From an uncultured bacterium (GTDB lineage: Bacteria; Krumholzibacteriota; Krumholzibacteriia; JACNKJ01), in contig CAVOFT010000001.1 in the NCBI GenBank assembly GCA_963695095.1, positions 2,496,001 to 2,560,000 of the forward strand: a stretch of 64,000 nt of DNA, in the 5' to 3' direction. Each line of letters begins with the position of its first letter. The first letter of the stretch is position 1. Below the pieces are notes generated by a model. The model saw only the letters and a program-made list of their open reading frames with translations. It was not told the origin of the DNA and made no database searches. Position numbers and translations under genes: made by a program. Positions 11,676 through 23,127 of this stretch are shown one piece after another.

Positions 11676-12088
11676 GCGCCGCCTCCCGGCCGGTCGGGCG
11701 TGGGCTCGTCGGCGACGTCCTCGCGCGGCGCGTCGCCCCAGAAGCGCTCAAGGCCGTAGTACTCCCGCGCGCCCCGCTGAAAGACATGGACGACCACGTG
11801 GACGTAGTCGAGCAGCAACCAGCGCAGGGTGTCGTAGCCCTCCAGATGCCAGGGCTTGACCGGCGGCGTCCCCGCGAGCAGGCCGTCGCGGATGCCATCG
11901 GCGATGGCGCGGACATGGGCCTCGCCGAGCCCAGTCGCGATGACGAAGAAGTCGGCGATGGGGCTCAGGCTGCGCAGGTCGAGGATGACCAGATCCTCGC
12001 CCTTCTTGGCCAGGGCGAGCTGAGCGGCGGCGCGGGCCAGCTCCTGGCTGCCCTTGCCGCTGCGACTGCTGCTCGTGTTCGTGCTCAT
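11672..12088 (-). CDS. rsfS: Ribosome silencing factor (Iojap)
   Basis: KKGEDLVILDL, ADFFVIATG, WLLLDYVHVVVHVF, REYYGLERFW. Confidence 0.93.
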   Translation of the reverse strand: MSTNTSSSRSGKGSQELARAAAQLALAKKGEDLVILDLRSLSPIADFFVIATGLGEAHVRAIADGIRDGLLAGTPPVKPWHLEGYDTLRWLLLDYVHVVVHVFQRGAREYYGLERFWGDAPREDVADEPTPDRPGGGA

Positions 12089-12158
12089 GGCCTGGGACGC
12101 CCTCCTTCGCAGGACCGCCGGCCTCGCCTGGCCGGCCGGCGGGGGACCGGGCGCGCGG

Positions 12159-13154
12159 CTACTGCTCGCGCTCCACGACGTAATCGACGGTGGCGTCGAG
12201 CGCGCGGCGACTATCGCCGTCAGGCAGGCGGCCCAGCGCGCCGCGCGCCGCCTCGCCATAGCGCCGCGCCTCGGCGAGCGCTGCGCGGGGCCCACCCAGC
12301 CGCCGCACCAGGCCGACGATGTCGTCGCGGCCGCTCGCGCCGGCCGCCAGCAGGGCCTCGAGCTGGGCGCGCTCGCCGGGCCCGGCGGCCGCGTGCGCGA
12401 GGAGCAGGGGCAGCGTCTGCTTGCCCTCCGCCAGGTCGCTGCCCACCGGCTTGCCCAGGGTGTCGGGATCGGCCTCGTAATCGAGCACGTCGTCGACGAT
12501 CTGGAAGGCCATGCCCACGTTGCGTCCGAAGTCCGCATAGGCGGCCACGATCGCCGGCGGCGCGGCGGCCAGGATGGCCCCGCTGGCGCAGCAGGCCTCG
12601 ATGAGTCGGGCGGTCTTCTCGTAGATGACGCGGCGGTAGGCCTCCTCGCTGAGCAGGCGCTGGCTCTGCAGATCGAGCTGCATCAGCTCGCCCACGCTCA
12701 TGCGGTGGACGGTGGTGGCGAGCAGGCCGAGCACCTGGGTCAGCTCGGCCTCCACGAGCAAGGTGATCGCCCGCGAGTAGATGAAGTCCCCCATCAGGAT
12801 GGCCGCCCCGTCGCCGCTGGCGGCGTTGAGGGTGGGCCGCCCGCGGCGCTGGAGGCTGGCGTCGACGACGTCGTCGTGCAGGAGCGTGGCCGTGTGGATC
12901 ATCTCGACGACGGCGGCGGCCAGGAGCGCGGCCGGGCTCGAAGTGCCCGGCCGCTCGGCGGCCAGGAGCACCAGCGCCGGGCGCAAGCGCTTGCCGTGGG
13001 GGGCGAGCACCGTTTCCAGGAGGCCGGTGATGTAGGGCAGCTCCGAGCACAGGCGATCGCGGATCAGCGCCTCGACGCGGGCGAGGTCCGCGTCGAGGGC
13101 TTCGCGCAAGGCCCCGTTGCCCAGCTTGAGCCCCTTGAGAAAAGCCGGCTTCAT
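12159..13154 (-). CDS. Polyprenyl diphosphate synthase (IspB/HepT-like)
   Basis: GKRLRP, EMIHTATLLHDDVVD..RRG (FARM), KTA, FQIVDDVLD (SARM), GKPVGSDL. Confidence 0.93.
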   Translation of the reverse strand: MKPAFLKGLKLGNGALREALDADLARVEALIRDRLCSELPYITGLLETVLAPHGKRLRPALVLLAAERPGTSSPAALLAAAVVEMIHTATLLHDDVVDASLQRRGRPTLNAASGDGAAILMGDFIYSRAITLLVEAELTQVLGLLATTVHRMSVGELMQLDLQSQRLLSEEAYRRVIYEKTARLIEACCASGAILAAAPPAIVAAYADFGRNVGMAFQIVDDVLDYEADPDTLGKPVGSDLAEGKQTLPLLLAHAAAGPGERAQLEALLAAGASGRDDIVGLVRRLGGPRAALAEARRYGEAARGALGRLPDGDSRRALDATVDYVVEREQ

Positions 13155-13214
13155 CCGTCTCCCGGAGCGCGCGGCGCCCGCGCCCTCATTCACTGTAACT
13201 GACTGCCATGTCGC

Positions 13215-13243
13215 AAATTATCACAGAGAGGGAGGAGTGTCAA
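13215..13243 (-). promoter_or_regulatory. Putative sigma-70 promoter overlapping the tatC 3' end
   Basis: TTGACA, 17 nt, TAATTT preceded by TGn extended -10. Confidence 0.5.
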
Positions 13244-13994
13244 CGGAGCTGCCCGCCGCGGGCTTCCGTCTCCGCCTGGCCACCGTGAGGGCGAGGACGC
13301 AACTGACGAGGTACAGGAGCAGCAGGGGGGCCGCCATCAGGGTCTGGCCGACCATGTCCCCGCCCGGGGTCAGGATGGCGCTGAGGATGAGGATCACCAC
13401 GATCGCCATCTGCCACTGCCCCAGCAGCCAGCGCGGCGAGACGAGGCCGAGCAGCGAGAGCAGGAAGATGACGATGGGCAGCTGGAAGGCGATGCCGAAG
13501 GCGACGCTCATCTTGGCCACCAGCGTGAAGAGCTCGGTGATGCCCAGCGTCATCTGCATGCTGGGCGTGACGAGCCCGAAGAAGTAGTCCAGGCTCAGCG
13601 GCACGATGATCAGATAGCCGAAGACGGTGCCCGCGTAGAAGAGCAGCGCCGAGAAGAGCAGGACCAGGCGCAGGTGCAGGCGCTCGTGGCGGTAGAGGGC
13701 AGGGGCGAGGAAGGTCCAGAGCTTCCAGAGGATGATCGGAGTGCCGACGAAGAGCCCTGTCGCCGCGCTGACCTTGAGGCGGATCATGAAGGCTTCGGTC
13801 GGCGCGAAGACATGGGCGGGCGCGCCGTTGGGCAGCAGCCGGACCACGAAGTCGAGGATGCGGTCGGCGATGGCCCAGGCCGCCGCCGTGCCGACGGCGA
13901 TCACGATCACGGTCGTGATCAGCAGCGTGCGCAGGGCCTCCAGGTGCTGGAGGAAGGGCATGCTCGGCAGATCTTCGCGGCGGGGGTCGGCCAT
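13221..13994 (-). CDS. tatC: Twin-arginine translocase subunit TatC
   Basis: MPFLQHLEALR, PTEAF..RLKVS, FLAPALY..E, FGIAFQLP, six TM segments. Confidence 0.95.
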   Translation of the reverse strand: MADPRREDLPSMPFLQHLEALRTLLITTVIVIAVGTAAAWAIADRILDFVVRLLPNGAPAHVFAPTEAFMIRLKVSAATGLFVGTPIILWKLWTFLAPALYRHERLHLRLVLLFSALLFYAGTVFGYLIIVPLSLDYFFGLVTPSMQMTLGITELFTLVAKMSVAFGIAFQLPIVIFLLSLLGLVSPRWLLGQWQMAIVVILILSAILTPGGDMVGQTLMAAPLLLLYLVSCVLALTVARRRRKPAAGSSVDTPPSL

Positions 13995-14935
13995 CAGTTG
14001 CCGAGGTACTTGACCGTATAATTGAGATTCTGGACGATGCTCTGCTCGGCACCGGTGGCTTCGCCCTTCTCATTCGTCGCCCGCTGGTTGATCACGAACT
14101 TCGCCTTGCCCGCGTCCTGCAGCATGAAGCCGCGGCTCTTGTCGAAGAGGCCGCCCCCTTCGAGCTCGATGCGGCCGCTGACCCGGGCGCTGCCGCCGCC
14201 GGCGGCGCGGGGCGGCGCGCTGATCAGCCCGTCCAGCTCGAGCTTGCCCTTGTAGCGCAAACGCGCACAGCTCCGGCCCTGCCAGCTCTCATCGCCGACA
14301 TAGGTGTAGGTGACCATCGAGTCCTTCATCGCCGAGCGCATCGCCGCGAGCGCTGCCTCCTGGAGCGGCTCCTGCCAGCTCTCGCCGGGCCGCGGCGCCT
14401 GCGCGGGCACCGTGATGTCCAGGGGAGCGAGGCCGCCCTGCAGCTGATCGAAGACGGCGAGGAATTCGTCGTCCTTGCTCGGGCGGGCGACCGGCTCGAA
14501 GCCGGACTTCGTCTTGCGATAGCGGGTGCTGAAGCCCTCCAGGCGCTTGACCGCATCCTGAGGCTCGATGGCCATGCCGCCGCCGCTGCGCACGCCCGCG
14601 CTCAGCTTGCTGAAGCGCACCTCGCAGGTCCAGTCCTCGCCCTCGGGCTGCCAGTCCCGGGCCTCCCACTGATAGCGGAGGTTGCTGATATAGGAGGTGC
14701 CGCGCACTTCCGCCTCGCTGGCGATTTCGACGCTGAAGCTGAGGGGCGCCGCCGGCAACGCAAAGCCGAAGTCGAGCGGTGGGCCGGCGGGCGCCGTGCC
14801 GACGGCCAGGCCGACGCCGCTGCCGACAGCGCCGCCGCCGCAACCGGCGAGACCGAGGGCCAGGGCCATGGCGCCCAGGAGGATGGCGGCCGCCAGGCCG
14901 GCGGCAGACTGCCTGCGCATCGCTCTCATGGTCAT
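13994..14935 (-). CDS. Hypothetical lipoprotein
   Basis: Signal MRAMRRQSAAG...ALGLAGC (lipobox LAGC); ATGA overlap with the nrdR stop and 1-nt overlap with the tatC start. Confidence 0.7.
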   Translation of the reverse strand: MTMRAMRRQSAAGLAAAILLGAMALALGLAGCGGGAVGSGVGLAVGTAPAGPPLDFGFALPAAPLSFSVEIASEAEVRGTSYISNLRYQWEARDWQPEGEDWTCEVRFSKLSAGVRSGGGMAIEPQDAVKRLEGFSTRYRKTKSGFEPVARPSKDDEFLAVFDQLQGGLAPLDITVPAQAPRPGESWQEPLQEAALAAMRSAMKDSMVTYTYVGDESWQGRSCARLRYKGKLELDGLISAPPRAAGGGSARVSGRIELEGGGLFDKSRGFMLQDAGKAKFVINQRATNEKGEATGAEQSIVQNLNYTVKYLGN

Positions 14936-15405
14936 TCCTTCCTTCCTTCGCGCTGGTCGAGGAGGCGGTTCAGTTCCGCCGCGAAGTGACTCAGGTCTGC
15001 AAAGCGCCGATAGACCGAGGCGAAGCGCACGTAGGCCACCTCGTCCAGCACGCGCAGGCGCTCCATCACCGCTTCGCCGATCGCCTGCGAAGTGAGCTCG
15101 CCGCCGAGGCTGGCGTAGACGAGGTCGCGCTCCACCGAATCCACCAGGCGTTCGAGCGCGTCGCGCGAGACCGGTCGCTTCTCGCAGGCCTTGAGCAGTC
15201 CGCCCAGGATCTTCTCGCGCTCGTAGGAGACGCGGCGGCCGTCCGCCTTGACCACCGTGACGGGGCTGCGCTCCACGTGCTCGTAGGTCGTATAGCGCGC
15301 ACCGCAGCTCGTGCACTCGCGGCGGCGCCGGACGGCCTCGTCCTCGCGCGTGCTGCGCGAGTCGACCACCCGGTCTTCGTTGTGGCCACAGAAGGGGCAC
15401 TTCAC
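14932..15405 (-). CDS. nrdR: Transcriptional repressor NrdR
   Basis: (M)[33 protein letters not shown]-cone, [16 protein letters not shown] start. Confidence 0.96.
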   Translation of the reverse strand: MKCPFCGHNEDRVVDSRSTREDEAVRRRRECTSCGARYTTYEHVERSPVTVVKADGRRVSYEREKILGGLLKACEKRPVSRDALERLVDSVERDLVYASLGGELTSQAIGEAVMERLRVLDEVAYVRFASVYRRFADLSHFAAELNRLLDQREGRKE

Positions 15406-15430
15406 CCCACGCCTCCCGGTTGCGCAGCGC

Positions 15431-16718
<1,288 letters not shown>

Positions 16719-16756
16719 CGTCAGCACCTCCCTGCGATCGATCCGCGTGCGGGCAC

Positions 16757-17215
16757 TCAGCGCTGGCTCTTGCCCGTCTCCCGCTCGTAGGCCCGGATGC
16801 GCTCCACGCGAGGGGCATGGCGCCCCCCGGCGAAAGGCGTCGCGAGCCAGAGCGCGAGCCAGGCCTGGGCGCGCGGAGCGTCCAGCCAGTTGCCGGGCAG
16901 CACGAGGATGTTCGCGTCGTTGTGTTCGCGCGACAGGCGCGCGCTCGCCTCGTCATAGACGAGGGCGGCGCGCGCACCCGCCACCTTGTTCGCGGCGATG
17001 GACATGCCGATGCCCGTGCCGCAGATGAGGATGCCCCGCTCCGCCTCGCCGGCGGCCACGCGCTCGGCCAGGTCCAGGGCGTAATCCGGATAATCGACCG
17101 CCGCCTCGTCCTGGGTGCCCAGGTCGGCGACGGCATGGCCCTCGCCGCGCAGCCAGTCGGCGAGGGCGTTCTTCAGCGCCACGCCGCGGTGATCCGTGGC
17201 GATGGCCAGGCGCAC
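16757..17215 (-). CDS. rpiB: Ribose-5-phosphate isomerase B
   Basis: [49 protein letters not shown]-terminal part of the 16757..18106 frame. Confidence 0.94.
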   Translation of the reverse strand: MRLAIATDHRGVALKNALADWLRGEGHAVADLGTQDEAAVDYPDYALDLAERVAAGEAERGILICGTGIGMSIAANKVAGARAALVYDEASARLSREHNDANILVLPGNWLDAPRAQAWLALWLATPFAGGRHAPRVERIRAYERETGKSQR

Positions 17216-18156
17216 TAGCGCTTCACCGCCGCGGGCTTCACCAGCGTCAGCCAGCCGTAGCGATCCTCGTAGCTGCCGTCGAACATCCCGAAGAAGCGCT
17301 CCTGAAGCTGCTTGGCGATGGGGCCGCGGCTGCCGTTGCCGATCGGGATGCGATCGATGCTGCGGATCGGCGACACCTCGGAGGCCGAGCCGGTGAAGAA
17401 GACCTCGTCGGCGAGATAGAGCATCTCGCGCACGATGGTCGCCTCGCGCACCTCGTAGCCCATTTCCCCGAGCAGGGTGATCACCGTGGCGCGCGTGATC
17501 CCCGCCAGGATGGAGCCCGAGAGCGGCGTCGTCCAGACCACGCCGTCGCGCACGAGGAAGAGGTTCTCGCCGCTGCCCTCGCTGACGTAGCCGTGGATAT
17601 CCAGGCCGATGCCCTCGACGTAGCCGTTGATCGTGGCTTCCATGCGGATGAGCTGGCTGTTCATGTAGTTGCTGCCGGCCTTGGCCATGTTGGGCATGGT
17701 GTTCGGCGCGCAGCGCTGCCAGCTCGACACGCAGACGTCGACGCCCTGCTCGAGCGCCTCCGGGCCCAGGTACTTGCCCCACTCCCAGACGGCGATGGCG
17801 ACATCGATGGGACAGCCGGCGGGGTTCACCCCCACCTCGCCGTAGCCGCGGTAGACCAGCGGCCGGATGTAGCACTCCTCCAGGCCGTTGACAACCACGG
17901 TCTCGAGCATGGCCGCGCGCAGGGCGGCGTGGTCGTAGGGCACCTGCATGCGGTAGATCTTGGCGGACTCGAGCAGCCGGCGGACGTGCTCGTCCAGCCT
18001 GAAGACCGCCGGTCCGGCGGGGGTCTTGTAGACCCGGATGCCCTCGAAGACGCTGCTGCCGTAGTGCAGCGCATGGCTGAGGACATGGATCTTCGCCTCG
18101 TCCCACTTCACGAGCTTGCCGTTCATCCAGATGGTGTCGGCCTTCTTCACCGGCAT
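17215..18156 (-). CDS. ilvE: Branched-chain amino acid aminotransferase
   Basis: [54 protein letters not shown]. Confidence 0.96.
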   Translation of the reverse strand: MPVKKADTIWMNGKLVKWDEAKIHVLSHALHYGSSVFEGIRVYKTPAGPAVFRLDEHVRRLLESAKIYRMQVPYDHAALRAAMLETVVVNGLEECYIRPLVYRGYGEVGVNPAGCPIDVAIAVWEWGKYLGPEALEQGVDVCVSSWQRCAPNTMPNMAKAGSNYMNSQLIRMEATINGYVEGIGLDIHGYVSEGSGENLFLVRDGVVWTTPLSGSILAGITRATVITLLGEMGYEVREATIVREMLYLADEVFFTGSASEVSPIRSIDRIPIGNGSRGPIAKQLQERFFGMFDGSYEDRYGWLTLVKPAAVKR

Positions 18157-18169
18157 CGCCGCCTCCCTT

Positions 18170-18652
18170 TCACGCGGTCCGCTGCGCCCCCAGGCGCGCC
18201 AGGGCCCGCTCGATGTAGCTCTCAATTTCGTCGGCCGTCTCGGCGTAGTCTGCGGCGCTGCCGCCGATGGGATCGGCGACCCCGGGTCCCATGGGCGGCT
18301 CCCCCGCCCATTCGCTGAGCAGGACCACCGACTTCGCCTTCGCTTCGGGAAACTCACGCACCGCGAGCCGGTGCTCCTCTTCCATCGCCACGATCACATC
18401 CGCCCAGGCGATCTCCGCGGCGCCCAGCCGGCGCGCGCGATGGCCGCTGATGTCGATGCCCTTGGCGCGCAGGATCTTGACACCGTGCTCGGTGGCCGGC
18501 ATGCCGTCCCTGGCGATCAGACCGACGGAGGCACAGCTCAGCGCAAGACCGCACTGGAGGGCATGATGGCGGGCCAGACCTTCGGCCATGGGACTGCGAC
18601 AGATGTTGCCCGTGCAAACGAAGAGGACGCGCAGCGGGTCCATGGCCTCCAT
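18170..18652 (-). CDS. Low-molecular-weight protein phosphatase
   Basis: P-loop [13 protein letters not shown] and downstream ADPIGG. Confidence 0.92.
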   Translation of the reverse strand: MEAMDPLRVLFVCTGNICRSPMAEGLARHHALQCGLALSCASVGLIARDGMPATEHGVKILRAKGIDISGHRARRLGAAEIAWADVIVAMEEEHRLAVREFPEAKAKSVVLLSEWAGEPPMGPGVADPIGGSAADYAETADEIESYIERALARLGAQRTA

Positions 18653-18663
18653 CCGGATTCAGC

Positions 18664-19314
18664 TCAGGGCGCCCCCGCCGTCTGCACGAAAGGGGTCCGG
18701 CCCTCCCGCAGCACCTTCGCCGGCCGGCAGGTCAGGTCCACGAGCGTCGAGGGCAGCGCCCCCTCGGCAGCGACCCGCGCCTCCAGTTCGGAGTCGGAAA
18801 CCACGAGGCCGACATTGTCGCCAAACAACTTAACAATCTCGGCCGCGTTGGCAAGAGGCGGCTCGCCGGCCAGGTTGGCGCTGGTGGACAGGAGCGGCGC
18901 GTCGAGATAGCCCAGCAGCTCGCGCAGGAAGGGCGTGTCGGGCAGGCGGAAGGCGATGCGCGGCTGGCCGTCCTCGCCCTCGCTGGTCCACGCGCCGGGA
19001 GCCTCCGGCAGGGCCCGCAGGATGAAGCTGATCGGCTGGCCCAGGTGGCGCTCGAGGACCGCCCGCTCGCCGGGTTCCAGGCGGGCAAAGCGCTCCACGC
19101 ACTGCAGATCCGGCGCAAGGAGGATGAAGGCCCGGTCGGCGCCGGCATAGCCCTTCACGCGGGCGATGCGCTCGGCCATGCCCGGGGTCGTGGCCAGGCC
19201 GTGCAGCCCGTAGAGCGTGTCCGTGGGCAGAACGGCCACGCGGCCGACGCTCAGCGTGCGCACCGCCTCCAGGCAGGCCCGTGCGTCGTGAACGGAGATC
19301 GAGTGTTCCTTCAT
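18664..19314 (-). CDS. tsaC: L-threonylcarbamoyladenylate synthase (Sua5/YrdC)
   Basis: PTDTLYGL, AFRLP, STSANLAG, PSTLVD. Confidence 0.88.
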   Translation of the reverse strand: MKEHSISVHDARACLEAVRTLSVGRVAVLPTDTLYGLHGLATTPGMAERIARVKGYAGADRAFILLAPDLQCVERFARLEPGERAVLERHLGQPISFILRALPEAPGAWTSEGEDGQPRIAFRLPDTPFLRELLGYLDAPLLSTSANLAGEPPLANAAEIVKLFGDNVGLVVSDSELEARVAAEGALPSTLVDLTCRPAKVLREGRTPFVQTAGAP

Positions 19315-19315
19315 C

Positions 19316-19777
19316 TCAGCTCCATTCCTCCCTGTAACTAGACAACTTGGCCGATACAGCCGCATCCTCGATCCCGAGGATGGCCCCGGCCAAGAGGGCG
19401 GCGTTCACGGCCCCGCCCTTGCCGATCGCCACCGTCGCCACGGGGACCCCGCGCGGCATCTGCACCATCGAAAGCAGGGCATCGATGCCGGCCAGGGGGC
19501 CGGCCGCCACGGGCACGCCGATCACGGGCAGCGTGGTGTGGGCCGCCACCACGCCGGGCAGCGCCGCACTCAGCCCGGCGATGGCGATGAGCACCTTGAG
19601 CCCGCGCCCGCGGGCCTCCTGCGCCCAGCGCGCCACCTGCTCCGGGTTGCGATGCGCGCTGGCCACGAGCTGCTCGCTGGCGATGCCGAGCTGCTCCAGG
19701 GTGGCCACGCAGGGCTCGAGCAGCTCCTTGTCCGAGGCGCTGCCCAGGATGATGCCCACGCGGACGGCAGCCTTCAT
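19316..19777 (-). CDS. purE: N5-CAIR mutase
   Basis: GSASD, SAHR.P, AGLSAALPG, PVIGVP, SMVQMPRGVPVATV. Confidence 0.96.
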   Translation of the reverse strand: MKAAVRVGIILGSASDKELLEPCVATLEQLGIASEQLVASAHRNPEQVARWAQEARGRGLKVLIAIAGLSAALPGVVAAHTTLPVIGVPVAAGPLAGIDALLSMVQMPRGVPVATVAIGKGGAVNAALLAGAILGIEDAAVSAKLSSYREEWS

Positions 19778-21072
19778 CGTCCCCCTCCTTTCGACAGGGC
19801 GCGCCAGCCGATGTCGCGGCGCAGGTAGCGGTTCGCGAAGCGGATGCTGTCCAGACGACGGTAGCAGCGCGCGGCCGCCTGGGGCAGGTCGCGGCCCAGC
19901 GCCGTCACCGCCAGCACCCGCCCGCCCGCGCTGAGCAGGCGCTCGCCCTCCCGGCGCGTGCCGGCGTGAAAGACGAACTGGGTCTCGCCGTCGCCCGGCT
20001 GGGGAGCGAGGCCGCTGATCTCGTGGCCCGCGCTGTAGTCGCCCGGGTAGCCCTCCGCGGCCAGCACGACCGCGAGGCTGGCCTCCGGCCGGATGCTGAT
20101 CGCCTCCGGCTCGAGACGCCCGTCCGCGGCGCTGGCCAGCAGGCGGCCGAAGTCGCCCGCCACGCGCGGCAGCACGGCCTGGGTCTCCGGATCGCCGAAG
20201 CGGCAGTTGAACTCGAGCAGGCGCGGCCCCTCGGCGGTGATCATCAGGCCCGCGTAGAGCAGGCCGCGGTAGTCCATGCCCTCGGCGGCCAGGCCGGCCA
20301 GGCTGCGGGCGATGAGCGGCTCGCCGAGGGCGAGAAGCTCGGCTTCGGCGATGGGCACGACGGGGCTGTAGGCGCCCATGCCGCCCGTGTTGGGACCGCT
20401 GTCGCCGGCCCCCACGCGCTTGTGGTCCTGGCTGGGCGGCAGCAGGCAGAAGCGCTCGCCGTCGCAGACGGCCAGGAGCGAGACCTCATAGCCCTCGAGG
20501 CGCTCTTCCACCAGGAGGCGGCGGCCGGCCTCGCCGAAGCTGGCTCCGGCGAGCATGGCGGCGCCCGCGGCCCTGGCCTCGGCGCGCCCGCCCGGCAGCA
20601 GCACGCCCTTGCCGCCGGCCAGTCCGTCGGCCTTGAGCACGATCCCCTCGCCCAGGGCGGCGAGGGCCGCATCCAGCTCGGCGAGGCTGCCCACCGCCCG
20701 GGCCCGGGCCGTGGGCAGGCCATGGCGCTCGCAGAAGGCCTTGGCGAAGAGCTTGGAGCCTTCCAGGCGGGCGCCGCTGGCGCCCGGTCCGAAGACGGCG
20801 ATGCCGCGGTCCCGCAGCAGGTCGGCCAGGCCCGCGACCAGGGGCGCCTCGGGGCCGATCACCACCAGGTCCGGCGCTGCGGCGGCCAGGGCCGCTGCCT
20901 GGGCCGCCGGATCGGTCGCGACTGTCGGATCGGCAGCCGGCGGTGTCCAGCCGGCAAGCTCCGTGCCGCCGTTGCCGGGCCACACGCTCAGCTCGCTGAC
21001 GGACGGAGAACTCGCCAGCCGCCAGGCCAGCGCGTGTTCCCTCCCCCCGGCGCCGATGACGATGACGCGCAT
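19774..21072 (-). CDS. purD: Phosphoribosylamine--glycine ligase
   Basis: GAGGREHAL, GPEAPL, LEGSK, KADGLAGGKGV, QDHKR, GPNTGGMGAY, EFNCRFGDPE. Confidence 0.97.
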   Translation of the reverse strand: MRVIVIGAGGREHALAWRLASSPSVSELSVWPGNGGTELAGWTPPAADPTVATDPAAQAAALAAAAPDLVVIGPEAPLVAGLADLLRDRGIAVFGPGASGARLEGSKLFAKAFCERHGLPTARARAVGSLAELDAALAALGEGIVLKADGLAGGKGVLLPGGRAEARAAGAAMLAGASFGEAGRRLLVEERLEGYEVSLLAVCDGERFCLLPPSQDHKRVGAGDSGPNTGGMGAYSPVVPIAEAELLALGEPLIARSLAGLAAEGMDYRGLLYAGLMITAEGPRLLEFNCRFGDPETQAVLPRVAGDFGRLLASAADGRLEPEAISIRPEASLAVVLAAEGYPGDYSAGHEISGLAPQPGDGETQFVFHAGTRREGERLLSAGGRVLAVTALGRDLPQAAARCYRRLDSIRFANRYLRRDIGWRALSKGGGR

Positions 21073-21140
21073 GATCCATCCTTTCTCTGCTGAGGATGGA
21101 CTCTACCCGGAAGCGGCCGACCCGACAACTGGATTTGAGA

Positions 21141-22029
21141 TCAGTCGCGGATGTAGGGGCGGCCGAGGGCCGCCGGCGGCCGGCTCTTGCCGATGACGCC
21201 GGCCAGGGCGACCATGGTGAGCAGGTAGGGCAGCATCTGCACGAAGCGCAGCGGGCAGCCAGGCGAATTGGAGCTGGCCCTGCAGCGACTCGGCGAAGCC
21301 GAAGAGCAGCGCGGCGGCGAGCAGGCCGCCCGGGCGCCAGCGGCCGAAGATCAGGGCCGCGAGGGCGATGTAGCCCCGTCCCGCGCTCATGTTCTTGACG
21401 AAGTAGCCGGCGCCCAGGCTGAGGAAGGCGCCGCCGAGACCGGCCAGGACACCGCTGAGCAGGACGGCCGCCAGGCGCAAGCGCAGCACGGACAGACCGA
21501 GGGACTCCGCGGCCTCCGGGTGCTCGCCGACCGCGCGCAGGCGCAGACCGAAGGGGGTGCGCAGCAGCAGCCAGGCGCAGATGGGCACGGCGAGCAGGGC
21601 GAGCCAGGTCAAGGGCGGCAACTCGACGGAACAGCCAGCCGAGCGAGCCGTCTCCGGGCGCGGCCAGCGCGATGCGGGGCGAGTTCGCGCCGCTGCCGTA
21701 GAGCACCCACATCAGGAACTCGGTGACGCCCATCGCCAGCATGTTGAGGGCGATGCCGCTGACGATCTGATCCACGCCGAAGCGCAGCGCGACGAGGGCG
21801 TGCAGGGCGGCGAGCGTGAGGCCGCCCAGCATGGCCGCGAGCAGGGCCAGCGGCAGCGAGCCGGTGGCGATGGCCACCGCGGCGGCGCTGAAGGCGCCCA
21901 CGAGCAGGATGCCCTCGAGGGCGATGTTCACCACGCCGCCCGCTCCGAGAACATGCCGCCGAGGCCGGCGAAGACGAGCGGCGTCGCCGTGCGCAGGGTG
22001 CCGAAGAGGAGACCGAGGAGCAGGCTCAT
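21141..22029 (-). CDS. Nucleoside/sugar ABC transporter permease 2 (about 3 frameshifts)
   Basis: TPLVFAGLGGMFSER / GVVNIALEG / TPFGLRLRAVGEHPEAA..LG, GRGYIALAALIFGRW / MLPYLLT..PAALG.PY spread across successive frames. Confidence 0.85.
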
Positions 22030-23127
22030 GCGCCGCCGCCCCTGGCGCCGGCGGCGCCGGCGCCGCCAGTTCGCCGATGCTGACCACGAGCGAGGATGAT
22101 CAGCGCCTGCAGCACCACCACCAGTTCGCGCGGCACCTCGGTGAAGATGTCGATCTCCAGCGCGCCCGGTGTTGAGGAAGCCGAACAGGAGCGCGGCCAG
22201 CAGGATGCCGCCGGGATGGTTGCGGCCCATCAGCGCCACGGCGATGCCGAGGAAGCCCAGCCCCGAGGAGAAGTTGTCCAGGAAGCGGTGCCGATAGAGC
22301 AGCACCTCGTGGACGCCGACCAGCCCGGCCAGGGCGCCGCTGACCGCCATGCGCCAGGATGGTCACGCGCCCGACATCGATGCCCGCCTGGCGCGCGGCT
22401 GCGGGCCCCTGCCCACGGCCCGCAGGCGATAGCCCGCCACGCTCCAGCGCAGCAGCGCCCAGACGACCAGCGCGGCGGCGAGGGCGAGCAGCAGGGAGGG
22501 CCCCAGCGGATTGGCGGCCGAGAGCCCAGCGCCCGGCCGGCGGCGCTGTCGGCGAAGGGGTGCAGGTGGTAGCCGGCGGCGATCCGCGGCGTGTGCGGGA
22601 TCATCTGGCCGGGCTCCTTCAGGTAGCGCTCGACGAGGTAGCCCGTCAGGCCCACGGCGATGAAGTTCAGCATGATCGTGTTGATCACCTCGTGCACGCC
22701 GAAGCGCGCGCGCAGCCAGCCGGGGATGGCGCCCCAGAGGGCGCCGCCGAGCGCGGCGGCGGCCACGGCCGCGGGCAGGGCCAGCCAGCGCGGCAGCCCG
22801 GGCAGGGCGAGCGCCAGCGCCGCCGCCGCGAAGGCGCCGATGTAGAGCTGACCCTCGGCGCCGATGTTGAAGAGCCCGGCGCGGAAGGCGTAGGCCACGC
22901 TGAGCCCGGTGAAGATGAGCGGCGTGGCGTCGAAGAGCACGCGGGCGAAGCCGTCGCCGGAGCCCAGGCCCTGGCGGAAGAGCAAGGGCAGCACGGCGGC
23001 CGGCGACTCGCCGATGGCCGCCACGATGAGGGCGCTGGCGCCCAGGCCGAGGGCGAGGGCGAGCGCCGGCGGCCAGAGCGCAGCCCAGAGTGCGCCGCAG
23101 GACGCGGTAGCGCGCGCGCTCAGGCAT
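22026..23127 (-). CDS. Nucleoside/sugar ABC transporter permease 1 (about 6 frameshifts)
   Basis: ATPLIFTGL, GLFNIGAEGQ, HEVINTIMLNF, GYRLRAVG, SGALAGL, GFLGIAVALMGRNHP across frames; ends approximate. Confidence 0.82.

Noticed and set aside
14880..14935. Twin-arginine signal in the lipoprotein next to tatC
   Set aside because: MRRQSA lacks the RRxFL consensus, and Arg pairs are common in GC-rich signal peptides
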